A stretch of DNA of 64,000 nt from an uncultured Clostridia bacterium (GTDB lineage Bacteria > Bacillota > Clostridia > TANB77 > CAG-508), in contig CAKOYQ010000008.1 in assembly GCA_934130935.1 (NCBI GenBank), forward strand, positions 1,865 through 65,864. Reading direction: 5' to 3'. The first letter of the stretch is position 1. The number at the start of each line of letters is the position of its first letter. A model generated the notes under the pieces. It had not been told where the DNA came from. It did not search any database and was given only the letters and a program-made list of their open reading frames with translations. Below are positions 10,801-20,725 of this stretch, piece after piece. Position numbers and translations under genes: made by a program.

Positions 10801-11782
10801 TTTCTTTGCCTTTAGAAGTATTATCATTTGAAAGTGTTCCATTATATTTTACTGTTGTATATTTTAGTCCATTATATTCAAACTCTATATATGAATTATT
10901 TATTTTATCATATTTTGTTTTATCTTTTATTCCGTATGGATGGTTATACAAATCAATATCTGTTTTCAATTCATATGAACCATCTTTTCCTGTTTTTGTT
11001 GAGGCAATCTCTGAACCATCATTAGCTTTCCAATGAACTATTATTCCTTCTAGTCTTATATCTCCCTCTTCATATTTACTATTTATTGTATTGCTTTTTG
11101 AATTTGCAATATCTTCCCAAACATATCCACTTATATTTATATATCCTTTAACTGTTGTTTGGCCTGGCTTTGGTTCAGGAGTATCAGGTTCTTTTACATC
11201 AACTAAAACTAGTTCTTGTGGATTAGTTGACGAATTAGAATGAAGTAAATATATTCTTATTTTGTAGTCTGTTCTTTTTGCTGCAGCTTTTGCAGTATTT
11301 ATATAATTATCCGCATCTACTTTAGAATCTCTACTATCTTTTTGAAAACCATATTTACTACCTACATCTCTAACCCAATCATTCCAATAACTATATAGTG
11401 CTTGTTGTGATGGAGTATAATTTCCTTGAGTACCATATCCTCTTGGTGATAAAGCCCCTCCTAATATTGCTGCTAGCACTGCATTTTTATCACTATCTTT
11501 TGATAATTGTTTTCCAGATGATGTTTTCCCTTCTGCATGTTTTCCAGTAATATCTACATATGCAATAGCTTTAAAGCTAAGCTTGTCATATCTTGTAAAA
11601 CTTTTACTATGTGCTACACAATAAACATTATTAGAATTTTCCATATCAGTTAATGAAAGATTTATTGTTCCACCATAATTTATCTTTTGAGTGGTCTTTG
11701 CTGATACCTTAGTTGACATACTTAAAATAAGTACTAATGTAACAAATATTGTTGCTAATATAAATTTCTTCATTTTGCTCAT
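7829..11782 (-). CDS. Sortase-substrate surface adhesin, 1317 aa: signal peptide, CnaB-like domains, C-terminal PPTG + TM + KKK tail
   Basis: Signal peptide present. C-terminus IVTPPTGIKTYTAIYIISAVVGLIVIAGGIVLIKKKTMKK is a (S/P)PXTG-type sorting signal. GYVWEDIANS...GSYEL is a CnaB-type motif. Confidence 0.75.
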   Translation of the reverse strand: MSKMKKFILATIFVTLVLILSMSTKVSAKTTQKINYGGTINLSLTDMENSNNVYCVAHSKSFTRYDKLSFKAIAYVDITGKHAEGKTSSGKQLSKDSDKNAVLAAILGGALSPRGYGTQGNYTPSQQALYSYWNDWVRDVGSKYGFQKDSRDSKVDADNYINTAKAAAKRTDYKIRIYLLHSNSSTNPQELVLVDVKEPDTPEPKPGQTTVKGYINISGYVWEDIANSKSNTINSKYEEGDIRLEGIIVHWKANDGSEIASTKTGKDGSYELKTDIDLYNHPYGIKDKTKYDKINNSYIEFEYNGLKYTTVKYNGTLSNDNTSKGKENEQKRTILDEKFDKVENKAVYDGDKAIISELPNTKITDSNYASEFAVSASTQGITTKILTDTEKNKWIETKKFCADHCEEKDGHHVVYQETHGSSYLKIYCDQQVEMNDPSGYWADGNNKPSIKKIIGDAINTSKGSECHYYSADEKDGPINRDCRKSVDGIYVWNIKNMNLGLVRREQPDAAITSDIEKVRVIMKGQEYTYKYGNRGIQDNEELFDYKVKFGNKYTQTYSRPVNPSDIAYVNYNNTDDLRVYVTYNIILKNQSNTLPMTINSIVNYYDSNYTIYTGQGTATSSGWQEASGDNNGYKIAYNTNKVELQPESKSEIIKIEFEVNQDRIKGLLNDDATLFNVSEIFSYTTHYGKDTICAERETAEVKGKVGKQYAGLDIDSTPGNATPGNVDTYEDDTDRAPSFLLKKDPNYKTLSGIVYEDTQTQESQKDKERLGNGQKEENEKGVENVKVELIDPNTGETAYLYYKDTSAEKGANKKPAITYTDSNGNYTFGEAGTCGVVVDDYIIKYTYGNADEDRKTTIDGGKTFINARNYKSTIITEDNVKSVMQGKDSNTWHLYMNENVDTSVATDDLKERLEIGTLKYDNYNNGINMSAYSKEFNVKVEYTQSQEAQVDENGGDFQSDWGVFDFGIIERAREDLKIEKTISKIKLTLANGQILLEGDPRKDKMNYVKAIGFKTNTDENGREIAEFSTLDKMLTIELDSELTQGAKLEVWYSITATNDSEKDYDYEKDYTDIINSKKEENQKLNFITTDSQANYYYYGDKNGLNIITRSAETVVDYMNSRLNCKVGSDYEGDPEGVNNGDWFRQKQEDNETQIINADYLKDNGYISYKENDTDGDMTYETIKNRELQTIETNTFADLGPGETKTSTIYASTTLANQEDNSIYDNHVEIIGINSKIARTIKKVEDNTRAQEDKEYQPGNYIPALGSEHQQDDDRVRIIVTPPTGIKTYTAIYIISAVVGLIVIAGGIVLIKKKTMKK

Positions 11783-11786
11783 AAGA

Positions 11787-14700
11787 TTACCTCCTTTCCT
11801 TTTTGATTCTTATTATCTTGTTTTTTATCATTAGTCTTATTGCAATAGCTATTAATATAGTATTTATCATTACTAATACTATATATGCTACCATAGAACC
11901 TCCTGTAGATACACCTATAATAACATCTGCTGCTCCCATATCATTTTCTCCAGATATATTATTATTTGGAGTTGAGTTTATATCTGAATTTCCATATTCG
12001 TTATAATCTTCTGCAATTTCTGCTCTATTATTAACTACACCTGCATTTTCATTTGTCATTGTTTTTGTCAATACCAATTTAACTTCTTTTTCTTCTCCTG
12101 GGTTAATTGGCTCATTTGCAAGTCTTTTTGTGTATAACTCATTTCCTGACAAATACCAATCCGGATTCAATTCAGAGTTAAATATTAGTCCATTTGATAA
12201 GTAATCTACAATATTATTTGCATATCCTACTATTTCTCCGTTGTTTTTAACTTTTATTGTGTATTCTAGTACTACAACAGAACCTACAAATTGTTTTCTA
12301 TGTATTTCTATTTTCTCAAATGTAGAATCATTATAATCATATGTTTTGGTTCCTTTACTGTTTTGTACTGATATTCTACTAATATATTTGTCTAATTGTA
12401 AGTCAAAAATCAATTTTTCTTTTAGACCTATATTAATATTTGAAATATTATCTTCTAAATTAATTGTATCAGTCACTGCATACATTTTATCTTCGCCATT
12501 TATTGAAATATTTTTTAATACTACCTTTGAATTTATACTTTCATCTACTCCATCTTTCATGTAATAAGTTGGCTCATATTCATTTGTATCATATTCGAAT
12601 AAGACTATATATTGACCATTTGGTATTTTTGTAAATGCATACTCACCATTCTCATTTGTTATTGTCTCAATTATTTCTCCATTTTCTCCTTTTAAATAGT
12701 CATTTGTAGAAACATCATATAGTCTTACCTTTATTCCGCCTAAAATTTTCTCGTCTACATCTTTTGCACCATTTCTATTTTCATCTAGCCAAGCTTTACC
12801 ATTTATTACATTCTTAATATTTTCTGAAGTTATCTTTAATATATGTGTTACCTCTTCTGATGTAGCTTTTGTCATTTCATATAATCTGGCTTCTGCCTTA
12901 TTAGTTATTGTTTTTGCATCAATATTCTCAGTTGTATTTTTTACTCTTGCAACAATTTTCAACATTGCTTTGTTTCCAACTGCAACATTTACTTTATATG
13001 ATAAATTATTTACTATTTCTTCTGCATATGTATCAGATTTAGCAGTTTCTGTTGATTGTAATACAAGTTGTCCATTTAAATATACTGCTTGTATCTCTAA
13101 ATATTCTGATACATTATCTACAATTTCAATAACCTCTTCAATGTTTCCAGTGTTCTCTGCTTCTATATTATATTCAATTATATCCCCTTCTTTGACATAT
13201 GCTTTATCTTGAGGACTTGTTAATGATATTTTTGCATCTACCTTTTCTAATATATTTTCTAACATATTTGATCTATAAGCATTTCCACTTGAATCTTTTA
13301 CAACTGCCATTGCACTTACTTTGTCAGAATTTTCTGTTGTATCTCCTTCTAATTTAAACCATGTATTTCCATTTGCTGCTATTTTATCTATGTTTACTAC
13401 TTCTGGAATTTCATCATCTATTAAGTACATGTCAAATCCTGAAGACAAACATGTCATTTTAAAGTTTTCACTTATTAATTGTAATTGTAAATTTGTTACA
13501 TCTTGATTTGATAGATTTTCTACAATAACCATATATTCCATAGTTCCACCAGAAACTATTTCATTTCCTTCTTCTACAATGTTTTTAATTGTAACTCTTA
13601 TATTTGATGATACCACTTTTGTTACTAATTCAGAACTTTCTATATTTGTGTCATTACATGTTGCTATAGCTTTATTTGATATTTGTGTTTCTGATGTTAA
13701 ATCAGATTTTACTCTTACTTCATATGTTGTTGTATATGTCTCTCCAACTGCAAGTAATGGTATTGTTGCTTTTACTTCAGTCATATCTGGGTGCTCTGTA
13801 TAATATGATGTTCCTGAATGTTGATAATTTTCTTCTGGTGTTACATATACTGTTCCTGTAGGTATATTTGATTTTAGTTCAATATTTTCAAGTTTTTGAG
13901 CTCCATTATTTTTTGCAGTCATTGTATATTTTATTACTTCTCCAGCTTTTACTGTGTCTCCGCTATTTATAGCATCTTTTCCAACTTGTGCAGATATGTT
14001 TGTTTCTAATTTTATTTCTGTTGGTGTTGCAAATCCTATTGCTATAGATTTTGTTGTTACATTTTTATCTGAATTTGTATCATAAGTAACTTCATATTCT
14101 GCATATGATATTGCATCTTTTTGTATTGGAGTTGGTAATTGTATATTATATGTTGCAGTATAATTACTTTCTGCCTTTAATTCATTTAGCTTTATTAAAA
14201 ATACCTTTGCATTTGATATTGCATTTGTTGTCCAACCATTTGATGTATTTTCTATATCTGTTGTGGCATTTGCATTTTCACTATAATATATTGTGGCATC
14301 TTGAGCTGTTATACCTTTTAATATTGTATCTAATGTATTTGCTATCTCTTCACCTGTTATAGTATTTCCTTTTGTTGGCAACTTTCCAAATATTCTTATA
14401 TTTTTAGCATCTTCTCCTATATTGTTTACTAATGCTATATCAAAGTTCACTTCTTTTCCTGCATCTGAATTTGATATTTGTACTAATTGTTTTTCTTCAT
14501 TTATTCCTTTTATTCCTGCTACATTATAAGTTTTTGAATTATGCATTGTAATCATTCCACTTGGTGCAGAAATTTCTATTTCTTTCTCAATAGAACCATT
14601 TTCAACTGCTCCATTGTCATATTGTGTTGCATTTTCGTTTGTATATGTCATTACCATCTTATCTTTTTTGCTTGGTGCTAATTTTGATAATGTTATATCT

Positions 14701-16610
14701 AAATCAAGTTGTAAATATAATTGTGTAGCTTCAGTTTCTGGATGTGCTGTTTGCTCACCTTTTAATGTTATTTCTATAACTTTTTTTGTACTATCATATG
14801 TTGAATTTACTGTAAATTCATCTGCATATAATGGTTTTACTCCATTTATATCAACTGTTTCCACAGATGATGGTAATTGTATTCTTATTGTTGGGTTTTT
14901 ATATAAATCATATTGTACTCCATCTGTTATTAATTTAACTCCTAATACAACATCTTTATTTGCAGTCATTGTTGACAATGCATCTCTATTTACTGTAAAT
15001 TCCGCTTTTGATACAGTGTTTTTTACTTCTATTTCTGATTCACTAGAATTTTCAACTACTGTTTGCTCTTGTTTGTCTACTGATGCAGTTCCTGTTATTG
15101 TATTCTTAGTTTTTAGAGTTTTTATAGCATTTAATTGTGACATTGTATATGTATTTTCAGCTATTGCTTTTGTATGAACAATTTCTAGTACCCCTGTAGC
15201 ATTTGGATTACTTGTTGTAATTAATAATTCACTACTAGAATTTTGATAATTTATTATAATATCTCCATTTGCATCTGTTTCCGAATTTTGATTAACTAAA
15301 ACTGTTGAAGTTCCATTTTTAATTTCAATATTACCATCTTGTCCTAATATTTCTAGCATTTTTGCTTTATTAATCTTTGTTGATATATGTTTTGTATTTA
15401 CTGGTAATTCACTGTTTTCTGATATTAATACATCAGGTACTTCTTTAATAGTTATTTTTTCTGGTATTTGTGAATTTGCTATCCTTAATGTAGTTGTAGT
15501 ATTATATTGTGCATCTGTATTTGAAGCAATTTGCCCTTTATATATTCCAGGTGAACTTATTTTTGACTGTGTTGTTATAATTCCATTTGGTTCTTGATTC
15601 TCTATCCCTTTCATATATTTTGCAGTATATTTTGTTCCAGAATTATGTACTATTATTTCTGAATTTACATTTAATTCTAATTTATTTGCATCAACACTTT
15701 CATCATATACAAATGTTACTACCAATTCATCAAAAGAATTTTTATTCCATTTTATTGTACTATCCTCATTTTTTAATATTATCTCAACTTTTCCATCTTT
15801 ATTATTCCAATCTTTTGCTGATAATGATGTTTTACCATTTGTAGCCATTGTTCCTAATGATATAACATCAACTTTCTCTGGTTGTTTTTCACTTAGTATT
15901 GGAACATCCACATTTATAGTTGTTTGTTTTATTGGATATTGATTATCAGATAATCTTGATTTTACTAGTGCTTGTACAATTCTTTTATTTTCATTATTTA
16001 TTGAAAATATTTTGTTTGTTATTATATCTGTTGTCAATTCTGCTGATGTGTTTTGATCTGCTTGTAAATCTAAGTTAACTTGTTTTGTGGCATCAATTTT
16101 TAATCCTTTATATGATGTTTCCATATAAGTTCCCATTAATTTCAAGTCAGATGATTTTAATAACATATCTGATGTTAATGTATCTCCGATTGCTGGTTCT
16201 ATAGCTAATTCAATAGTTTCTGTCTCTCCTGCATTTATTTGTTTTAATTTCACTTTGTTTCCTTCTATGCTTGCAATCGAATTAGATAAAATATTATTTT
16301 TTATCTTGAAATTACTATTTTGTAACTCTAAAGTGGCATCATTTAAATACCCTTCATTTTTTACTGTAATCTCAGCATATAATCTTAAATCTTCTTTTTT
16401 TATACTTGTCTTAAGTGTTTCTACCTTTTCTCCTTTTTCATCTTTAAAGTAAGTGAAGAATTTAATATTTTTATTATTTGTTGCACTTTTATCTGATTGT
16501 ACTTCTGTTGCATAACTTATTATATTTGAACCAAGTGCAAAAAAGTCAGTTGATATTAACATTGCTATCATTAATGCTGATAATATCTTTTTAATTATTT
16601 TTTTCTTCAT
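11787..16610 (-). CDS. Large surface protein, 1607 aa, with DUF11 repeats and SdrD-B/CnaB-like domains and a C-terminal TM anchor
   Basis: Signal peptide present. DUF11-like GDTVKAGEVIKYTMTAKNNGAQKLENIELKSNIPTG and SdrD-B-like NGKAWLDENRNGAKD...GEYAFTKIPNGQYIVLFEYD. C-terminal TM plus basic tail. Separated by 4 bp from the next gene, so same operon. Confidence 0.75.
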   Translation of the reverse strand: MKKKIIKKILSALMIAMLISTDFFALGSNIISYATEVQSDKSATNNKNIKFFTYFKDEKGEKVETLKTSIKKEDLRLYAEITVKNEGYLNDATLELQNSNFKIKNNILSNSIASIEGNKVKLKQINAGETETIELAIEPAIGDTLTSDMLLKSSDLKLMGTYMETSYKGLKIDATKQVNLDLQADQNTSAELTTDIITNKIFSINNENKRIVQALVKSRLSDNQYPIKQTTINVDVPILSEKQPEKVDVISLGTMATNGKTSLSAKDWNNKDGKVEIILKNEDSTIKWNKNSFDELVVTFVYDESVDANKLELNVNSEIIVHNSGTKYTAKYMKGIENQEPNGIITTQSKISSPGIYKGQIASNTDAQYNTTTTLRIANSQIPEKITIKEVPDVLISENSELPVNTKHISTKINKAKMLEILGQDGNIEIKNGTSTVLVNQNSETDANGDIIINYQNSSSELLITTSNPNATGVLEIVHTKAIAENTYTMSQLNAIKTLKTKNTITGTASVDKQEQTVVENSSESEIEVKNTVSKAEFTVNRDALSTMTANKDVVLGVKLITDGVQYDLYKNPTIRIQLPSSVETVDINGVKPLYADEFTVNSTYDSTKKVIEITLKGEQTAHPETEATQLYLQLDLDITLSKLAPSKKDKMVMTYTNENATQYDNGAVENGSIEKEIEISAPSGMITMHNSKTYNVAGIKGINEEKQLVQISNSDAGKEVNFDIALVNNIGEDAKNIRIFGKLPTKGNTITGEEIANTLDTILKGITAQDATIYYSENANATTDIENTSNGWTTNAISNAKVFLIKLNELKAESNYTATYNIQLPTPIQKDAISYAEYEVTYDTNSDKNVTTKSIAIGFATPTEIKLETNISAQVGKDAINSGDTVKAGEVIKYTMTAKNNGAQKLENIELKSNIPTGTVYVTPEENYQHSGTSYYTEHPDMTEVKATIPLLAVGETYTTTYEVRVKSDLTSETQISNKAIATCNDTNIESSELVTKVVSSNIRVTIKNIVEEGNEIVSGGTMEYMVIVENLSNQDVTNLQLQLISENFKMTCLSSGFDMYLIDDEIPEVVNIDKIAANGNTWFKLEGDTTENSDKVSAMAVVKDSSGNAYRSNMLENILEKVDAKISLTSPQDKAYVKEGDIIEYNIEAENTGNIEEVIEIVDNVSEYLEIQAVYLNGQLVLQSTETAKSDTYAEEIVNNLSYKVNVAVGNKAMLKIVARVKNTTENIDAKTITNKAEARLYEMTKATSEEVTHILKITSENIKNVINGKAWLDENRNGAKDVDEKILGGIKVRLYDVSTNDYLKGENGEIIETITNENGEYAFTKIPNGQYIVLFEYDTNEYEPTYYMKDGVDESINSKVVLKNISINGEDKMYAVTDTINLEDNISNINIGLKEKLIFDLQLDKYISRISVQNSKGTKTYDYNDSTFEKIEIHRKQFVGSVVVLEYTIKVKNNGEIVGYANNIVDYLSNGLIFNSELNPDWYLSGNELYTKRLANEPINPGEEKEVKLVLTKTMTNENAGVVNNRAEIAEDYNEYGNSDINSTPNNNISGENDMGAADVIIGVSTGGSMVAYIVLVMINTILIAIAIRLMIKNKIIRIKKERR

Positions 16611-16638
16611 CTTTATCCCTCCCTTTCTATATTTTTTA

Positions 16639-18300
16639 CTATTGACCTGCTCCTACGTGTACTATTCTTTTCATTGCATTATAAGTATCTCTTGATAATA
16701 GTGTAGTTGAAACTACTTGACCATTTAGTTTTGTTACTTTATATGCTTCTACTTTTCTTCCGTTGTTCCCAGCTTGAATCACTTTTTGTTGTCCTACTGG
16801 TAAACTTGCATCTTGAACATATTGTGTTGTATATTCTATGGTTGCTACCTTTTTTGTTTCTATTGATATATTATATTCTACTTCTTCTTTAATTCCCCAT
16901 ATTTGAACTGTTGCAACGCCTCCTTCTACAGTTGCCACTATTCTTACTGGATATTTCCTAGAATTTACAAATTTAAAATCTTGCGCTCCCCATACTACTG
17001 TTGCATCTTTTCCTGCTGGTACATATGATGTTACAAATTGATGATTTCTTCTTGTTGTCACATTTAAATTTGCCATTACAACTGCATCATATAATGTTGA
17101 AGATATTTGGCAAATTCCTCCTCCTAATCCATCTACTACCTGACCATTTGAATATGTTGCCGCCATTTTATATCCTGCACTTATTGTTCTTTCTCCTACA
17201 ACTTTGTTGTAAGAAAATTCTTCATTTGGTAATATTACTGTTCCACTTATTTTATTTGACGCTAATTTCAAATTTGTAGTTCTACTTACATTACTTGCTT
17301 GATAATTTGTTGAGAATGTTGCTAACAAATCAGGGAATGCTTCTGTCCCTATATCTTTTACTGTTTTTTTAGGTTTCGTAATTTTTAATGCAATTTCATA
17401 TTCTGGCTTTTCTTCTTGCAACATTGCTTTTGCTGCTTCTACATCAAAATCTATTCCATTTTCTTCTGGATGTATTGTAAATGGATCTTTGGTATAATAC
17501 GCATCTTTTACTTCTTTATAAATTTCATCATGTATTTTTTCTATATTTATTTTCTCTGGTATATCTTGAACTACTGGTATTTCTATTTTTTGTTCATCAT
17601 CTGTATTTTCATCAAGTACTTTGTATATTTCTTCTAATAATTTCTTTTCATCAACTTTAACACCTTCTTTTCCTGATGTTATTATTAATTTAGAATTATC
17701 ATTTTCTACATAGTAACTTGGCTGAACCACTGCTCCATCAATACTGTTATTTATATTTTGAGCAATTTGATCTATCATATCATTATCTATTGTCACTTCT
17801 ATATTTATGTTTATGTTTTTGTACCATGTTTTTAATATTTCGAAATTTTCTTGAAATATATTTCCTTCTCTTCCTACGTCATATGCCTGTTTTATTGCAT
17901 TTTCTATTTGATACCTTACTTCTAATGCTTCATATGTAATTGATGAATCAAATTCTCCATATGATAAATATATTTTCTTTTCCGACTTAGATCCATACAC
18001 TTCTTCTAATTTCTTAATCGCTTCTTCTTTTGTAAGATTAGATACATCTATATTGCTTATCGAAACTCCTTTTACTATTTTAGAGCTCTTTCTGTTTATT
18101 ACTGCAAACATTGTAGAACACAATGCCAATGTAATAACTATTATTGCAATTAGTATCAATATTAAATCTATTTTTATGTTATTATTTTTTGGAAAATCTA
18201 ATTCTTTGTTTTCTTGTTCAATTTCTTTTTGGTCTATTGTCTGAACTGCATTATTTTCTTTTTCTTTTGTTTCATCTTTTATTTCATTCATTTTACACAT
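16639..18300 (-). CDS. VanW-family protein with C-terminal G5 domain, N-terminal TM
   Basis: GGGICQISSTLYDAV is the VanW signature. The G5-like tail is QQKVIQAGNNGRKVEAYKV. N-terminal TM helix. Confidence 0.7.
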   Translation of the reverse strand: MCKMNEIKDETKEKENNAVQTIDQKEIEQENKELDFPKNNNIKIDLILILIAIIVITLALCSTMFAVINRKSSKIVKGVSISNIDVSNLTKEEAIKKLEEVYGSKSEKKIYLSYGEFDSSITYEALEVRYQIENAIKQAYDVGREGNIFQENFEILKTWYKNININIEVTIDNDMIDQIAQNINNSIDGAVVQPSYYVENDNSKLIITSGKEGVKVDEKKLLEEIYKVLDENTDDEQKIEIPVVQDIPEKINIEKIHDEIYKEVKDAYYTKDPFTIHPEENGIDFDVEAAKAMLQEEKPEYEIALKITKPKKTVKDIGTEAFPDLLATFSTNYQASNVSRTTNLKLASNKISGTVILPNEEFSYNKVVGERTISAGYKMAATYSNGQVVDGLGGGICQISSTLYDAVVMANLNVTTRRNHQFVTSYVPAGKDATVVWGAQDFKFVNSRKYPVRIVATVEGGVATVQIWGIKEEVEYNISIETKKVATIEYTTQYVQDASLPVGQQKVIQAGNNGRKVEAYKVTKLNGQVVSTTLLSRDTYNAMKRIVHVGAGQ

Positions 18301-18494
18301 TTCCCCCTTATTCTATAATACCATATTTTTGTAATTTTGACAATTTTTTTAGCAAAATTTCTTTAATAATATATATGTTTTTTTTGGTTTTTTATTACAT
18401 TTCAAAAAATTTTACATTTTTTTTAAAAAAATACTTGAATATTGTAAAATTTAATATTATAATAAAGCTAACAAAAGATAAAGGAGTTTTTAAA

Positions 18495-18965
18495 ATGGAA
18501 TTAACAAAAAACATTTTTTTTAATACTGATAAGTTAGTAGAAAATAGTAAAGTAAAAATTTCATATACAGGAACATTCTTCCAGGACTCTTCTAAAGAAG
18601 TATTTTTTCATTATGGATTTGGAAATAATTGGAATAATGTCAAAGATGTAAAAATGGAAAAAACAGAACTTGGATTCCAAACAGAAGTAGAACTTGGTTC
18701 TGGCGAAACATTTAATTTTTGTTTTTTTAATGAAAATGGAAATTGGGATAATAATTATGGAAATAATTATAGTTTTCCTATAGAAAAAAAGCCAGTTGAA
18801 TTGATAGTTCTAAGTGATGAACCAGTTTCTTTAGGAAGTGCAAGAAAATTAAGAAAATCCTATATCTGGAGTAAAAAAATACGTTTGGCAGTATATAAAA
18901 TTATCACTTATTTGCCAAAATTAATTTCAGGTAATTACAAAAAAAAGGCTTCAAATAATGAATAA
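18495..18965 (+). CDS. Hypothetical protein, possibly a carbohydrate-binding-module-like domain
   Basis: RBS AAAGGAG 9 nt upstream of ATG 18495; sigma-A-like promoter TTGAAT...TATAAT upstream. The track ORF 18144..18965 is an N-terminally over-extended version. Confidence 0.5.
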   Translation: MELTKNIFFNTDKLVENSKVKISYTGTFFQDSSKEVFFHYGFGNNWNNVKDVKMEKTELGFQTEVELGSGETFNFCFFNENGNWDNNYGNNYSFPIEKKPVELIVLSDEPVSLGSARKLRKSYIWSKKIRLAVYKIITYLPKLISGNYKKKASNNE

Positions 18966-18993
18966 GTTTGAACCTGTTTAATATAGCGCGTTT

Positions 18994-19028
18994 AAAAAGA
19001 GTAAATTTTGCAATAATTTACTCTTTTT
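18994..19028. terminator. Bidirectional rho-independent terminator
   Basis: 14-bp stem AAAAAGAGTAAATT / AATTTACTCTTTTT with 7-nt loop, flanked by A and T runs, between convergent genes. Confidence 0.7.
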
Positions 19029-19039
19029 GTTTATTAATA

Positions 19040-19750
19040 TTATATTACCCATCCTCCATTAACTGAAATAATTTGTCCTGTTGTGTATTCATCTTCTATA
19101 ATCCATTTTACACATCTTGCTATATCTATAGTTTTTCCTATATTCCCTAGCGGAATTTCTTCTTCTATATTTTTTATATCATTAGATGTTAGTTTTTTAT
19201 TCATATCTGTATCTATAATTCCTGGTGCAATAGAATTTACTCTAATATTTGATGGCCCCAATTCTTTTGCTAATGATTTTGTCATTCCATCCATTCCAGC
19301 TTTAGCAATAGAATATATTGTTTCACATGATGCGCCTACAATTCCCCACACTGATGAAATATTTATTATACACCCTTTTTTATTATGTATCATATTAGGT
19401 AATACCTCTTGTGTTACGCAAAATGCGGAATATAAATTTGTATTAATTATTTTGTTCCAATCTCCATCTGTTACATCTGTAAATACTTTACTTTCTGATA
19501 TTCCTGCATTATTTACTAACACATCAATTTTTCCATATTTATTTAATATATTCTCAATCATTTTATGTACCTCTTCCCTTTGAGATACATCTGCTTTATA
19601 AATTTCTATATTTAGGTTTTCTTGCTGTAACTTTTGAGCTTGTTCTTCTGATTTATTATAATTTGCTATTACAGCATTTCCATCTTGTGCTAGCCTTCTT
19701 GCTATTTCTTTTCCTATTCCTCTTGATGCTCCTGTTATTAATATTACCAT
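19040..19750 (-). CDS. SDR-family oxidoreductase (FabG-like 3-oxoacyl-ACP reductase family)
   Basis: TGASRGIGKEIA cofactor motif, NNAG, and the catalytic Y-x3-K in YSIAKAG. Confidence 0.8.
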   Translation of the reverse strand: MVILITGASRGIGKEIARRLAQDGNAVIANYNKSEEQAQKLQQENLNIEIYKADVSQREEVHKMIENILNKYGKIDVLVNNAGISESKVFTDVTDGDWNKIINTNLYSAFCVTQEVLPNMIHNKKGCIINISSVWGIVGASCETIYSIAKAGMDGMTKSLAKELGPSNIRVNSIAPGIIDTDMNKKLTSNDIKNIEEEIPLGNIGKTIDIARCVKWIIEDEYTTGQIISVNGGWVI

Positions 19751-19817
19751 TTATTCCTCCTAAACTAAATTAAAAAAGCCAATAATTAAGAGTTATCTCA
19801 AAACTATTGACCTTTAT

Positions 19818-19894
19818 TGGAGCCACTTCCCAGATTCGAACTGGGGACCCCCGCATTACAAGTGCGGTGCTCTGGCCAGCTGAGCTAAAGTGGC
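19818..19894 (-). tRNA. tRNA-Thr (anticodon UGU)
   Basis: Hand-folded cloverleaf: GCCACTTTAGCTCAGCTGG...anticodon loop CTTGTAA...GGTTCGAATC...CCA. Acceptor stem pairs. Confidence 0.8.
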
Positions 19895-19896
19895 AA

Positions 19897-19971
19897 TGGT
19901 GACCCCGACGGGAATCGAACCCATGACTCCGCCGTGAAAGGGCGGTGTCTTAACCGCTTGACCACGGGGCC
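19897..19971 (-). tRNA. tRNA-Glu (anticodon UUC)
   Basis: GGCCCCGTGGTCAAGCGG...anticodon loop CTTTCAC...GGTTCGATTC...CCA. Confidence 0.8.
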
Positions 19972-20008
19972 ATATATAGAATTCTAATTTTAATAAATTA
20001 GAATTCTT

Positions 20009-20084
20009 TGGTGAGCTATCCGCGACTCGAACGCGGGACAACTTGATTAAAAGTCAAGTGCTCTACCACCTGAGCTAATAGCCC
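20009..20084 (-). tRNA. tRNA-Lys (anticodon UUU)
   Basis: GGGCTATTAGCTCAGGTGG...anticodon loop CTTTTAA...GTTCGAGTC...CCA. Confidence 0.8.
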
Positions 20085-20186
20085 ATATGCAATGTATTGC
20101 ACAACGCCTATTTATATTACACTATTTTTCCTCTGTTGTCAATACATTTTTCAAATTTTTTTTATTTTTTTACATAAAATTGTTTT

Positions 20187-20372
20187 TTATGCATTTAATT
20201 TTTCAATAACTTCTTCTACATCTATCCCATGAACTTCACATGCTTCTTGTAATGTTTCCATTTGAGAAGCTGGACAACCTATGCAATGCATACCACATTC
20301 TATTAGGATTTCTGCTTTTTCTGGAGCAACTTGTAATATTTCTCCAATTTTAGTGTCTTTTTTAAATTTCAT
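20187..20372 (-). CDS. DUF1858-like small protein, 61 aa
   Basis: Sequence resembles the DUF1858 domain (ECGMHCIGCPAS...) as I remember that family. Confidence 0.5.
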   Translation of the reverse strand: MKFKKDTKIGEILQVAPEKAEILIECGMHCIGCPASQMETLQEACEVHGIDVEEVIEKLNA

Positions 20373-20725
20373 TTTACATTCATTCCTTATATATATTTTT
20401 AGGTCTTTTAACAGGCAAACCTATAAACCTTACTTTTATAGCAAATAGCATCCCATAAAATTATAAAAATATTATGCATAAATATTTTATCACAAATTTT
20501 AAAAAAAGTATAGACAAATTTAAAAAATTGTTGTATTATGTTTATCGAAAGAGCGGTGGTCATATAAAATATGGCATTAAATACATTATTTAATATTTTT
20601 TTTATTATTTATATTATTAGTTTTTTTATTACTTTATATTCAATCTATACTTTTTTTGATATAAAATTATTTCATAATTTACAAGGTTCAAAGTTAAAAA
20701 TCAAACAAAAAACTGAATAACAGGA

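Noticed and set aside
1-18300. Sortase or pilus-assembly gene in the adhesin locus
   Set aside because: I looked for a TLxTC-type sortase ORF and found none among the listed ORFs, so I cannot call a pilus operon.
18144-18494. N-terminal 117 codons of track ORF 18144..18965
   Set aside because: Hydrophobic junk overlapping the divergent promoter region; a good RBS and promoter place the real start at 18495.
19856-20041. 61-aa minus-strand ORF
   Set aside because: Lies entirely within the tRNA-Thr/Glu/Lys genes.
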